Shown here: positions 18,156-27,236 of the stretch, one piece after another
Layout of the letters: every line of letters starts with the position of its first letter
Numbering within the stretch: position 1 is the first letter of the stretch
Virus genome (UHGV): UHGV-1421865
DNA from: a virus
Reading direction: 5' to 3' (one strand)
DNA: 64,000 nucleotides
The notes under the pieces: model-generated
Databases searched by the model: none
What the model was told of the DNA's origin: nothing
Seen by the model: only the letters and a program-made list of their open reading frames with translations
Made by a program: the position numbers and the translations under genes

Positions 18156-18680
18156 ATGGATAACGAGAAACTTCAAGATACATTTTTGAACATTTTTGAA
18201 AAATTTACAGGACCGATACTTGCATTATTCGGTACCTTAGTTATTATCATCGGTAGTTTAGTCTATTATTTTTTTATAAGTAACGGTAATGCGCAAGTCC
18301 GTACAGACCCCAATGCTGTGGTAACAGATACCATTAAATGTTCGACTTTCAAATTTGAGTTTGATAATCATAAATATGTCAAGTTCAAAACAGATAAAAA
18401 CGAACATATCATTCACGACCCCGCTTGTAAGTGTATTGCTAATAAATTGAATAACATTACAACAGTTATTGTTAATAACGACAACAAGCACAGTAAAGAA
18501 GTCGACACTAAGTTGACTAAGATGGAAGCACAGATTAAAAATTTCAGTGTTGAGTTAGAGAAAAAACCTAAGGTCATCTATGTGACTAAGCAAGCACCTT
18601 CTAAACCTGCAGCGCCTATGAAGAAAACTATAGTGCCTAACAAACCTGCGCCTCCTAAGCCAGCACCTAAGAAACGTTGA
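18156..18680 (+). CDS. membrane protein with Pro/Lys-rich C-terminus (holin/spanin-like candidate)
   Basis: N-terminal TM 'ILALFGTLVIIIGSLVYYFFI'. C-terminal 'KPAAPMKKTIVPNKPAPPKPAPKKR'. Located immediately after the lysozyme. Confidence 0.4.
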   Translation: MDNEKLQDTFLNIFEKFTGPILALFGTLVIIIGSLVYYFFISNGNAQVRTDPNAVVTDTIKCSTFKFEFDNHKYVKFKTDKNEHIIHDPACKCIANKLNNITTVIVNNDNKHSKEVDTKLTKMEAQIKNFSVELEKKPKVIYVTKQAPSKPAAPMKKTIVPNKPAPPKPAPKKR

Positions 18681-18690
18681 CATACGCATT

Positions 18691-18924
18691 ATGGTAGAAG
18701 AACATTTCAACGTCATTATCACGTTAGACGAATTACAGATGATCTATGATGAAAGAGCATTTGAAGACGGCACAACGTTAAGTGATCTTGTTGATGAGAC
18801 ATATCGGTTATATCGTATTGCTTATCAAACGTCCCCTAACAGTGATGATATTAGGGTAGAGTATAAGGACAATTATAAACATTACCTTATAACCGACTAT
18901 ACAAATTTTAGGCAACCTAACTGA
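18691..18924 (+). CDS. hypothetical protein
   Basis: 77-aa ORF. Confidence 0.35.
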   Translation: MVEEHFNVIITLDELQMIYDERAFEDGTTLSDLVDETYRLYRIAYQTSPNSDDIRVEYKDNYKHYLITDYTNFRQPN

Positions 18925-19023
18925 CGTTGATTTACTAACGTTAAGATACCTCACGGCAGTCTAACTGACGTTAAAAGTGACGTTAAAAGATGTATAATAC
19001 TTGTCTTGTTCAAAATAAATTAC

Positions 19024-19031
19024 TATCTTTG
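19024..19031 (+). promoter_or_regulatory. possible Bacteroidetes-type -7 promoter element TAnnTTTG ('TATCTTTG')
   Basis: Located ~25 nt upstream of the ATG at 19057. An upstream 'cTTG' sits at an appropriate distance for a -33 element. Consensus from the Bacteroides sigma-A promoter literature. Confidence 0.3.
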
Positions 19032-19056
19032 CATTGTAATCAAAAAATGAACCGCA

Positions 19057-19488
19057 ATGAAGAAAATTGTTTTGACACTGCTCCTACTTTGTGCAGCTTT
19101 CAACCTCTCGGCACAAGACTACTACTTTGACATCTTGCACCCAACGGTGTCATACCGGATGTACATGGCAAATTCCGATACGTACGGTGACTGGAAAGAT
19201 GACTGCCCGGATTTCATTAAAGAGGCTATAGCCTACGAAAACGAGGTGTTGTATTTCCAAGACGGCTTCCGTTTGCGTTATATGAAATTCTTTAATGTGC
19301 AATGGATCTATACTAAGATTGACGGGTGGTTTTATCCTACATTCTACGCCGAGACATTGCGCAAGAATAACGACGGTACTAGTTACGTCATCAAAGTACG
19401 GGCTGTGTATACAGACGTTTCAAAGTCTAATTTGAAGTATCTTAAACTCGTGTATCCGTTTTACGAACTGAAAATCGAACCAAAATGA
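19057..19488 (+). CDS. secreted protein (signal peptide)
   Basis: 'MKKIVLTLLLLCAAFNLSAQ' signal peptide. 143 aa. Confidence 0.5.
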   Translation: MKKIVLTLLLLCAAFNLSAQDYYFDILHPTVSYRMYMANSDTYGDWKDDCPDFIKEAIAYENEVLYFQDGFRLRYMKFFNVQWIYTKIDGWFYPTFYAETLRKNNDGTSYVIKVRAVYTDVSKSNLKYLKLVYPFYELKIEPK

Positions 19489-20171
19489 CAGAATTAGTAT
19501 TCAAAAAGGAATGGGATTGTATCACAGAGGACGGCAACCCAAATTTTAAGAAGTTTTATAAAGAGCACTCAACAAATTACGACGATGTTCATGAGCATAT
19601 TGATTTCGAAAAGAGATTCAAAGAACAACAACGTGAGTATTACAAAGTGAATAAAGAATACATCCTAGAACGCCGTAAACGATTTGACAAGGCGTTGTAT
19701 TTTGAATTCAACGACAACGATTTTGCCAAAGAGATTGAGGACATGATGGTACACAACTTCATTCCAGAAATCAATGAGGTACTTAATTGGTGTGAACCCT
19801 GGACGATGGAAAGTGTTATTGAACGAAAACTCGACGAACTTTTTAATGCGGACAATCTTCTTGTCAAGATGAAATACTGGTTCGTCACACAGTCGATGCT
19901 CAACGACCTTATTTGGCGACAACAAGTTAAGGAATACAACACCGAATTGCTGGACAAGGTATATGAACACGCTAAAAAGGACGTCGAGTACATCTTTAGA
20001 GGCCCAACATTGGTTACGGGTACGAACGAAGAGATCAACCAGGCAATTAAATTGTCGTTTGAAGATTGTCAGTTTGAAGAAGAACTGGAAAGGGGTGTCG
20101 AAGAGTACTGGCTCGGTGGAGATGCTTTTGTCCTTCGCATTGTAGATAATAAAGTTGTATATCACTCATGA
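19485..20171 (+). CDS. hypothetical protein
   Basis: 228-aa ORF, overlaps its neighbours by 4 nt. Confidence 0.5.
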   Translation: MTELVFKKEWDCITEDGNPNFKKFYKEHSTNYDDVHEHIDFEKRFKEQQREYYKVNKEYILERRKRFDKALYFEFNDNDFAKEIEDMMVHNFIPEINEVLNWCEPWTMESVIERKLDELFNADNLLVKMKYWFVTQSMLNDLIWRQQVKEYNTELLDKVYEHAKKDVEYIFRGPTLVTGTNEEINQAIKLSFEDCQFEEELERGVEEYWLGGDAFVLRIVDNKVVYHS

Positions 20172-20566
20172 ACACGAACAGTCTTATAAAGAAAGTATTT
20201 GTTGCTTTTGTGGTTTTCATTGGATGTTGTGTTAGCTTGTTTTATAGCTGGAAGGTATTTGTAGAAAACCATCTTGATGTGCCCGGTACTATAATTGCTA
20301 AGTCAGAGGCTGTAACAGGTGAGGGTAGGTCACGAGTAAGAACAGAGTGGTTGTTTGCTGTAAAGCCCGACAATACAACATACAGCGCCTATGATGTTAA
20401 CGTAGATTTTGTAACTTACGCAACACATAATGTTGGCGACCATGTCAGTTTTAAGGTTATAAGTGAAAAGGTAGATCCGAACGGGCACGATGATTTCATG
20501 AGTATAGCATTAGGTGCTATCGGTATGATTGGATTTTTTATATTGCTTGTATATATATTTTCATAG
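20168..20566 (+). CDS. membrane protein (N- and C-terminal TM helices)
   Basis: 'VFVAFVVFIGCCVSLFY' and 'ALGAIGMIGFFILLVYIF'. Confidence 0.45.
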   Translation: MNTNSLIKKVFVAFVVFIGCCVSLFYSWKVFVENHLDVPGTIIAKSEAVTGEGRSRVRTEWLFAVKPDNTTYSAYDVNVDFVTYATHNVGDHVSFKVISEKVDPNGHDDFMSIALGAIGMIGFFILLVYIFS

Positions 20567-20649
20567 TCTTGCACAAACCTATAACGCGAACAACTAATCG
20601 AACAAGAGTAACATCCAAGAGCTAGTAGTATATACAAAATACAAATAAC

Positions 20650-21405
20650 ATGCCTATACACATCACATCTAAGACTAAATCACTAAGGGTACGACCGGCG
20701 TCAAAAGACGAGCTACGGTTCTTGATAAAGGAAGAACTACAATGTCAAGGTCCTGATGCTGATCTAAATTTCATTGATACATCGTTGATTACAGACATGT
20801 CTCATTTGTTTTCTTTCCCATTAGACCTGCATGTACATGTAGGTAACATCAAAATCGACGAGTGGGACACTTCAAAGGTCACAGATATGTCTTATATGTT
20901 TGTAGATTGTCCATGTTTATATTGTGATCCTTCCAGATGGAACGTATCTGGCGTCATTAGTATGGGGTGTATGTTTGGTGGTTGTAGAGAACTTGATTGT
21001 GACTTGTCAAATTGGAATGTCTCTAATGTAGTAGATATATCAAAGATGTTCAAGGACTGTTATCGATTCAGAGGTACAGGATTGCCGGATTGGAATGTAC
21101 AGAGGCTACAGAAGATGGAGAGTGCGTTTAAGCACTGCCATATACTCAATTGTGATTTGTCGGGCTGGGAGTTTTCGAATCCGGTTGATATGTTCTATGC
21201 TTTCGACGGTTGTTATTCATTTCCCGACGATTATAAACCAAAGCAAGTTCATCGTACAGCTACATCTACGCAGTCAATACAGACCGCTATAACAAATCTT
21301 GCGTCATTACAGAACAATGCTATGAGTAGGTGTATTGGTAATAATAGTGCGTTGATTATGAACGAAGAAATGTATAAGGCCTTTATTAGTATTTATTCTG
21401 ATTGA
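20650..21405 (+). CDS. DUF285-repeat paralog family member
   Basis: 'MPIHITSKTKSLRVRPASKDELRFLIKEELQCQGPDADLNFIDTSLITDMSHLF' followed by WxxS.V repeats. Confidence 0.7.
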   Translation: MPIHITSKTKSLRVRPASKDELRFLIKEELQCQGPDADLNFIDTSLITDMSHLFSFPLDLHVHVGNIKIDEWDTSKVTDMSYMFVDCPCLYCDPSRWNVSGVISMGCMFGGCRELDCDLSNWNVSNVVDISKMFKDCYRFRGTGLPDWNVQRLQKMESAFKHCHILNCDLSGWEFSNPVDMFYAFDGCYSFPDDYKPKQVHRTATSTQSIQTAITNLASLQNNAMSRCIGNNSALIMNEEMYKAFISIYSD

Positions 21406-21629
21406 TCTGATTGATTCTTTGTTATTGTATTATTGAAATCATTGCTGTCGGACTGATTTTGTTTGTAAAACTAGCTATATATAATAAAACATGATATACA
21501 AAATTACAGAGCTGTTAAATTCGGTAACTTTCAGTACAAAACAAGTTTGTTCTCTACTGACAGTACCTTTCTCAGAACAAGGTCCAAAGTATGTACCGAA
21601 AGAGCTCTCAATAAAGGATTTCATCAAAT

Positions 21630-21917
21630 ATGAAAAAAGTATATATCGCAGCACCGTTGAATGAAGGTTCTAAAATAGACATCTATAGTACGTTTTATAC
21701 CGTCGTAGAAGACCTACAGAAGGAATATGACGTACTAAACACAGTACCTAGCATTCCAGACGGCACACTACTGTGGTTGGCAAGTCAAGTAGAGCTACTA
21801 CAAGAAGCCGATGTTGTGTACATGGCGTACGGCTGGGAAACTCGTCGTGAATGTCGACTGCTGGAAGAAATTGCAGCGGAATACGATATTCCTATTGTAT
21901 ATGATCAGTGCGGCTGA
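21630..21917 (+). CDS. DUF4406 / nucleoside 2-deoxyribosyltransferase-like small protein
   Basis: 'KVYIAAP' N-terminus and 'ADVVYMAYGWETRRECRLLEEIAAEYDIPIVY' (GWExSxG-type motif) as I recall for this family. Unverified. Confidence 0.4.
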   Translation: MKKVYIAAPLNEGSKIDIYSTFYTVVEDLQKEYDVLNTVPSIPDGTLLWLASQVELLQEADVVYMAYGWETRRECRLLEEIAAEYDIPIVYDQCG

Positions 21918-21966
21918 TTATTATATAAGTTTAAGACTATAAAATAAATAATAAAACTTAAAAATC

Positions 21967-23355
21967 ATGCATGATTTAAGAGATTACGTAAATGGAAACG
22001 TTTCTAACGTTTTCGAAGAAGCCGGTAAGCGCGGCCGTCCCAGAAAGAACCCCGCACCGGAGGAGAGTGAATATGATAAAATTAATGGTAAGTCGGCAGA
22101 ATCTAACGGTTCTGGTGGTGCCTATGCTGTGAATCCTCCTGTATCGGCGAAGATTGAAGGATTTAAGCTTCAAAATGAGGGTAAGAATTTCAGTAAAAAC
22201 AAGCGTGAAGTTGCTCGCGCCCTTGTGACCGAAAGACCCTTCTTCATTCAGGGTCGTGCCGGTTGGGGTAAGACATCTGTTGTTCTTGATGTAGCCGGTA
22301 ATCTCGGATATGAAGTGATTGTCTTCTATCTCGATAAGTGTGACGTAGCCGACCTTGCTGGTCGTATCTATGTCGACGAAAATGGTCGCGAAAAGAATAC
22401 GATTCCTGTATTTATTCAGGAAGTTGCAGAAAATACCGACAAGAATTACTTGTTGTTCTTTGACGAAATGAACCAGGCACAGCCCGAGGTGATGAACGCA
22501 CTCATGCCTATTATCCACGAAAGAACGATTGGTGGTAGACATTATGATAATCTTATTTGCGGTGCCGCCGGTAACTTGATGGATGAAAACCTCGGAGGTG
22601 TATCGGAATTGAGTAAGCCACTTGCTGCCCGTTTGAAGAAGATTAACTGGGAATCACACACTGAAGATGCTTGGAAAGACGCGATAGAGCACCTTGTTAA
22701 GAAGCACAAGTTCCCTCAAGAGTTCTTTGATTTCCTTACAAAGGTGGCTCTTGATTGGTTTGATTCACCCCGTGACATCGAACTAAACATTTTGAATATC
22801 ATTGAGATCCTCATTAAAAAGGGTCAAAGTTGGGAAGTCGAGGAATGGAAAGAAGATATTGAAGATAATGTAGTTAGAGCAGAACTCCTAAAGAAATATA
22901 AGGCAGGTGAAAAAATTACTCCAAAGGATGCTGATATTGATCATGATCTCGACGGTAAAGAAGGCCAAGCCGATATTGAACGTCTATCTCGAATGTGCTA
23001 TGACTTAGTTGCTAACGAAGGAGAACTTACGGCGTCCAGAAAGAGTCGTAAGGTAGGTGCCGGTAAGCAAGTACCGGAGAATTTACGTCAACTTATGAAA
23101 GAAGGTATTAGTAAAGGGTATATCCAACTTGCGAGTGAAGGCGATACGATAAACTCTACAAAATACGCTATTTCTGCAGAGAACATTGTAGAAGTCTTCG
23201 TAAATGACGGTAGTGAATTTAATGCCGAAACAATTCAAAAGGTTGTCGATCACCTTACAGAAACGCTTAACTTTAAGTACAATACCGACGATGAATGGAA
23301 AAAGGAAGCTAAGAAATTAAATTTAGTTGACCCGTTGGCACCTGAGACGAAATAA
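21967..23355 (+). CDS. MoxR-like AAA+ ATPase (AAA_5 type)
   Basis: Walker A 'IQGRAGWGKTSVV'. Walker B/sensor 'LLFFDEMNQAQPEVMNALMPIIHE'. N-terminal 'GKRGRPRKNP' AT-hook-like segment. Confidence 0.7.
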   Translation: MHDLRDYVNGNVSNVFEEAGKRGRPRKNPAPEESEYDKINGKSAESNGSGGAYAVNPPVSAKIEGFKLQNEGKNFSKNKREVARALVTERPFFIQGRAGWGKTSVVLDVAGNLGYEVIVFYLDKCDVADLAGRIYVDENGREKNTIPVFIQEVAENTDKNYLLFFDEMNQAQPEVMNALMPIIHERTIGGRHYDNLICGAAGNLMDENLGGVSELSKPLAARLKKINWESHTEDAWKDAIEHLVKKHKFPQEFFDFLTKVALDWFDSPRDIELNILNIIEILIKKGQSWEVEEWKEDIEDNVVRAELLKKYKAGEKITPKDADIDHDLDGKEGQADIERLSRMCYDLVANEGELTASRKSRKVGAGKQVPENLRQLMKEGISKGYIQLASEGDTINSTKYAISAENIVEVFVNDGSEFNAETIQKVVDHLTETLNFKYNTDDEWKKEAKKLNLVDPLAPETK

Positions 23356-23368
23356 AACAGAGTAGAGT

Positions 23369-23773
23369 ATGGTAAGATTATTAGATTTCTTTAAGAATAA
23401 GAATATAAATAATAACTTTATACAACACCTACGTGATCAAGAGGCTGCTAATAGTGATGACCATAATAGTGACGATGCTGAGCAAACGGCATCGTCACCC
23501 AAGGTCGCAGGTTCGAAGGTGATGTATTTTGAGAATGATGACGAGTTTGCTTCTTTTGTTTTTGAACCGGTACGTAAAATAGTTATCAAAACAAACAATA
23601 GAGGAGATGAGTTTGCAGTTGCAGAACCTGTATTGACAAGTTCGTATAAGGCTGCAGAGGCTACAGGTACTCAGTTCTGTGTTATGGATCCTAAATCACA
23701 TGTTAATAAAGACGGCATGTTAGGTTGGGAAGACGTTACACTGAAAATTAACAATGTAAAACGATATAAATAA
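23369..23773 (+). CDS. hypothetical protein between AAA and VWA genes
   Basis: 134-aa ORF. Confidence 0.45.
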   Translation: MVRLLDFFKNKNINNNFIQHLRDQEAANSDDHNSDDAEQTASSPKVAGSKVMYFENDDEFASFVFEPVRKIVIKTNNRGDEFAVAEPVLTSSYKAAEATGTQFCVMDPKSHVNKDGMLGWEDVTLKINNVKRYK

Positions 23774-23776
23774 GTT

Positions 23777-25639
23777 ATGGTAAATCTTTCAAGAAAAACT
23801 GGTTCAGATACGCTCGACGAATACGATGAGTTTAGATATACCAAAACTTCTTTACTATATGCTGCCGAAGCCGATGGAGACCTGGATAAACGTGTAAAGA
23901 TTTTCGATTATATCGACGATGAAAATAACGAAGGAACATTCTACTATGACATGTTGGAGTTTTTTCGTTTCTTAGACCCGTCGGATCCTGACACAAACGG
24001 CCATATTGCGTACACTACACCGGACCATTTGTTGTATTTCAATGCACCAAATGAATACATCAAGAATCCTAGAGAACTTGCACAATGGGACTTTGTATAT
24101 TGTCATGAGTGTTTGCACCAGATTTGGGACACTTTCGCTGTCGGTGAGAAGATCAAGGCAGACGGTCTGGAATACAACCACCGATTGCTGAATATCGCCG
24201 CTGACTGTATCATTAACGACTTCTTGCGTCGCATTGAAAAGAAAGTACCGTTTGAAGAAGGTATTTTCCCCGAGACTATTGAAGAGCAATTTGGTGGTAT
24301 CAAGTATAATCCGAAGAAGGACACACAGTATTCGCTTTATGTAAAGCTTCAAAAATGGTTGAAAGATAACAATGAAGATCTTAATAAGAAAATCAACCAA
24401 GATGAGAAGTTCAAAAAAGCTGTAGAACAGTCTGAGAAACACGAACGCGGTGATGGTCCTAACGACAAACAACCCACCGACTCTCAAGACGGTCAACAAG
24501 GTCAAGGTAGTGACGGTCAAGGCCAACAAGGTCAGTCTGGTGACTCTCAAGACGGTAGTCAACAAGGACAAGGTGGTGACGGTCAGGGCGACGGTGACGG
24601 TCAAAGTGGCAACCAAGACGGTGATCAGCAAGGTCAGAGTGATGGTCAAGGCAGTGACGGTCAAGGACAAGACAGTCAAGGTCAACAAGGTAACCAAGCC
24701 AACCAAGGTAGCGGTTCTAAGAACAACCAAAGCAAGAACGGTGCTGGTGACGGTCAACAAGGACAAGGCAACGGTGACGGTCAAGGTGGTCAAGGTGGTG
24801 CCGGTAAGGGAAACGGAGCCTTAGGTGACGCTAAAGAAATCAGCGCTGCAGAACAAGCCGCTATTCGTGAAAAGGCTCGTAAGGTAATCAACAAGTACAA
24901 AGACGCCATGAGCGGTAACCTCGGTGACTTTATCAAGAAATGTAAGAGTTCTGTAAAGGGTGAATCGCAAGGTATCGACGTCGGTGTTCGTTCCGGTAAC
25001 CATTCTAATTGGAACAAGACATTGACTACAAATATCATGTCTTATGTGAGCCAACGTGTTAGAACTCGTACACAATATGAATCGTCATGGCGTAGAATCA
25101 GTAGACGACAGAATACAGTGAAGCCCGGTGATCTACTGATGAAGGGTAAGAAACGTAAGAAGGACCAGATTAAGGTAAACATTGCGTTCTATATCGACTG
25201 TTCAGGTTCTATGAGTAGCTGTATTGACAATGTATTTGATTCGGCTATCGCTATCGGTGAAGCACTCAAGAAGAACTTCGGACGAGAAGCGTCTAGTTCT
25301 AACGGTGCTATTTCTGAATTTGAATTTAAGACGTTTGTATTTAACGATTCTATACATCCTGTAGAATGGGGTAAACGTTACGGTGCTAGCGGCGGTACAT
25401 TGCCGTTCGACGGTATTGTCGACTATATCAAGGAGAACACTAACGATTATCTTATCAACGTTATTATTACCGACGCTGAATTCGATATTAAGCGAGATGT
25501 AGTAATGGGTATGCTTAATGAGGTGTACGGACTAATTCAGTTTGTTACGAACTCGTCTAATAAGACTATTGAATCTATGGCTATGGGTTCTAAAGGTAAG
25601 CTACAGTACATTGAGGCAGATTCTAACTTCAGTGTCTGA
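23777..25639 (+). CDS. putative metallopeptidase (HExxH) - von Willebrand A domain protein (DUF2201-like partner of MoxR ATPases) with internal Gly/Gln/Asp low-complexity region
   Basis: 'YCHECLHQIWD' HExxH at nt 24104-24118. MIDAS 'IDCSGSMSS' near nt 25195. ~115-aa 'DGQGQQGQSGDSQDG…' repeat region. Confidence 0.7.
   Translation: MVNLSRKTGSDTLDEYDEFRYTKTSLLYAAEADGDLDKRVKIFDYIDDENNEGTFYYDMLEFFRFLDPSDPDTNGHIAYTTPDHLLYFNAPNEYIKNPRELAQWDFVYCHECLHQIWDTFAVGEKIKADGLEYNHRLLNIAADCIINDFLRRIEKKVPFEEGIFPETIEEQFGGIKYNPKKDTQYSLYVKLQKWLKDNNEDLNKKINQDEKFKKAVEQSEKHERGDGPNDKQPTDSQDGQQGQGSDGQGQQGQSGDSQDGSQQGQGGDGQGDGDGQSGNQDGDQQGQSDGQGSDGQGQDSQGQQGNQANQGSGSKNNQSKNGAGDGQQGQGNGDGQGGQGGAGKGNGALGDAKEISAAEQAAIREKARKVINKYKDAMSGNLGDFIKKCKSSVKGESQGIDVGVRSGNHSNWNKTLTTNIMSYVSQRVRTRTQYESSWRRISRRQNTVKPGDLLMKGKKRKKDQIKVNIAFYIDCSGSMSSCIDNVFDSAIAIGEALKKNFGREASSSNGAISEFEFKTFVFNDSIHPVEWGKRYGASGGTLPFDGIVDYIKENTNDYLINVIITDAEFDIKRDVVMGMLNEVYGLIQFVTNSSNKTIESMAMGSKGKLQYIEADSNFSV
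24470..24830 (+). repeat. coding low-complexity/tandem repeat (ggtgacggtcaagg-type units) inside VWA gene
   Basis: Visible DNA and peptide periodicity. Spurious antisense ORFs 23972..24793 and 24450..24824 arise from it. Confidence 0.7.
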
Positions 25640-25720
25640 CTTTATTGAATAACTAAATATAAAAGACGATCTTAATTTTTTGAGGTCGTCTTTTATGATT
25701 TTTAAGATATAATAACAAAT

Positions 25721-26230
25721 ATGTCGATACACATCACATCAAATACAAAACTTCTTAATCCGAAACCGGTCAATAAAGAACAACTAAGGTCTATTATAAG
25801 TGACGAGTTGAAACAACAAGGTCCAGATGCCGATTTGAACCATATTGACACATCTAAGATCACCGATATGTCTAGTTTGTTTATAGATCTCCGTCCAGAA
25901 AATATCAAGATAGACGAGTGGGACGTTTCTAATGTTACTAATATGCGACAGTTATTTATGAACTGTGGTGACCTTGTTGCTGACCTGTCCGACTGGAATG
26001 TATCAAATGTAACAGACATGTACGGTATGTTTTTTAACTGTTATAATTTCAATTCAGATTTGTCCGGTTGGGACGTCGGCAATGTTAAAAATACAAGGTA
26101 TATGTTTTATAGGTGTTATGGATTAAATACAGATTTATCAAATTGGAAACTTAAAAGCGGTTGCTTTACCAATGACATGTTCACCGAAGCCGATAAACAA
26201 CGAATTCCTAGTTGGTACACACGAAGATAA
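25721..26230 (+). CDS. DUF285-repeat paralog family member
   Basis: 'MSIHITSNTKLLNPKPVNKEQLRSIISDELKQQGPDADLNHIDTSKITDMSSLF' plus repeats. Confidence 0.7.
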   Translation: MSIHITSNTKLLNPKPVNKEQLRSIISDELKQQGPDADLNHIDTSKITDMSSLFIDLRPENIKIDEWDVSNVTNMRQLFMNCGDLVADLSDWNVSNVTDMYGMFFNCYNFNSDLSGWDVGNVKNTRYMFYRCYGLNTDLSNWKLKSGCFTNDMFTEADKQRIPSWYTRR

Positions 26231-26231
26231 G

Positions 26232-26382
26232 CTGATTTTGTGTGGTTTCTGTTTTGCGTACTGGTACGTAAATATGTAACGTCCTCATAAAGGTACTTTA
26301 GAGGCCCTCTGTCGCGTCAAAACTAGTTAGGCTTGGTATGTGTAAGCCTCAACAAAAACAACGCGATACGGGGCAAATTTTT
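26232..26382 (+). repeat. nested-palindromic repeat, copy D (full: 5' module + hairpin module)
   Basis: ctgattttgtgtggtttctgttttgcgtactggta…aaaggtacttt + ctctgtcgcgt…taggcttggtatgtgtaagcct…acgcgatacgg. The inner stem shows compensatory change (gacctt/aaggtc in other copies becomes aggctt/aagcct here). Confidence 0.7.
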
Positions 26383-26479
26383 GGACGTTTTGAATGCAAT
26401 AGATTCTGTTGTAGCATATCTACAAATAAGAACATGCTTTGTACTATTTTGGTCTACTTTCGATAGTTTGTGTTTCGTA

Positions 26480-26668
26480 TAAGTACATACAAATACCTAA
26501 CATCGTCATAGAGGCACCATATCTCGTCTGTATCGCGTCCAAATGTAGTGACCTTAGTAACTCTAAGGCTAAAGAAAAATAACACCGTGTGGGACACGTT
26601 GTGTGTACCATCTTGATGCTTTGCATCAAATTGTTCACAAAGTGAACATAATGCGACACAGGAGAGAT
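26480..26668 (+). repeat. nested-palindromic repeat, copy D' carrying the triple-hairpin module inside its outer stem
   Basis: …acatcgtcatagaggcacc + ctgtatcgcgtcc…gaccttagtaactctaaggct + caccgtgtgggacacg / gatgctttgcatc / gttcacaaagtgaac + …atgcgacacagg. Confidence 0.65.
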
Positions 26669-26698
26669 TTTAATTAATTACAGCTAAACATCAAATAC

Positions 26699-27148
26699 AT
26701 GAACGAACGATTAAAGATTACATCTAATTCTAAATCAGCGGTACTGAGACCTAAATCTAAAAATGAACTAGAACAACTAATACAGCAAGAGTTGGAACGT
26801 CAAGGCCAGGATGCTGACTTGAATCATATCGATACATCACTGATTACAGACATGTCAGCATTGTTTGCTAATTATGGTACTATTACTATTAGAAATATCA
26901 AAATCGACGAATGGGACGTCAGTAATGTGACCGATATGGAGCACATGTTTAGTTTGTGTGAAAAATTCAACTGCGATCTTTCCCATTGGAACACTTCTAA
27001 TGTCACGAATATGAAATACATGTTCTATAGTTGTGAAAATTTTTATTCCGACTTACGAGGTTGGGACGTATCTAATGTGAGAACGTATATAAAATTTGCC
27101 GATTTATGTTCATCGTCATTTGTTAAAAAGATACCGAAGTTCAAATGA
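26699..27148 (+). CDS. DUF285-repeat paralog family member
   Basis: 'ERLKITSNSKSAVLRPKSKNELEQLIQQELERQGQDADLNHIDTSLITDMSALF'. Confidence 0.7.
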   Translation: MNERLKITSNSKSAVLRPKSKNELEQLIQQELERQGQDADLNHIDTSLITDMSALFANYGTITIRNIKIDEWDVSNVTDMEHMFSLCEKFNCDLSHWNTSNVTNMKYMFYSCENFYSDLRGWDVSNVRTYIKFADLCSSSFVKKIPKFK

Positions 27149-27166
27149 CGTGAGTAAATCAACGGA

Positions 27167-27205
27167 AGTGCCTCAACAGATTTGTAATTGATCTGTTGAG
27201 GCACT
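27167..27205. terminator. bidirectional terminator hairpin between convergent genes
   Basis: 15-bp perfect inverted repeat agtgcctcaacagat…atctgttgaggcact. The stem sequence recurs at 34105..34138. Confidence 0.55.
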
Positions 27206-27236
27206 TATATATTTAATATGTAAATTTAATACAATA

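Noticed and set aside
23500-23530. 'GGTTCGAAGG' resembling a tRNA T-arm
   Set aside because: It lies inside ORF 23369..23773. No acceptor, D-arm or anticodon-arm pairing around it. No convincing tRNA was found anywhere in the window.
23972-24824. ORFs 23972..24793 (-) and 24450..24824 (+) rich in T/V/L/K
   Set aside because: They are artefacts of the low-complexity GAC/GGT/CAA repeat tract inside the VWA gene.
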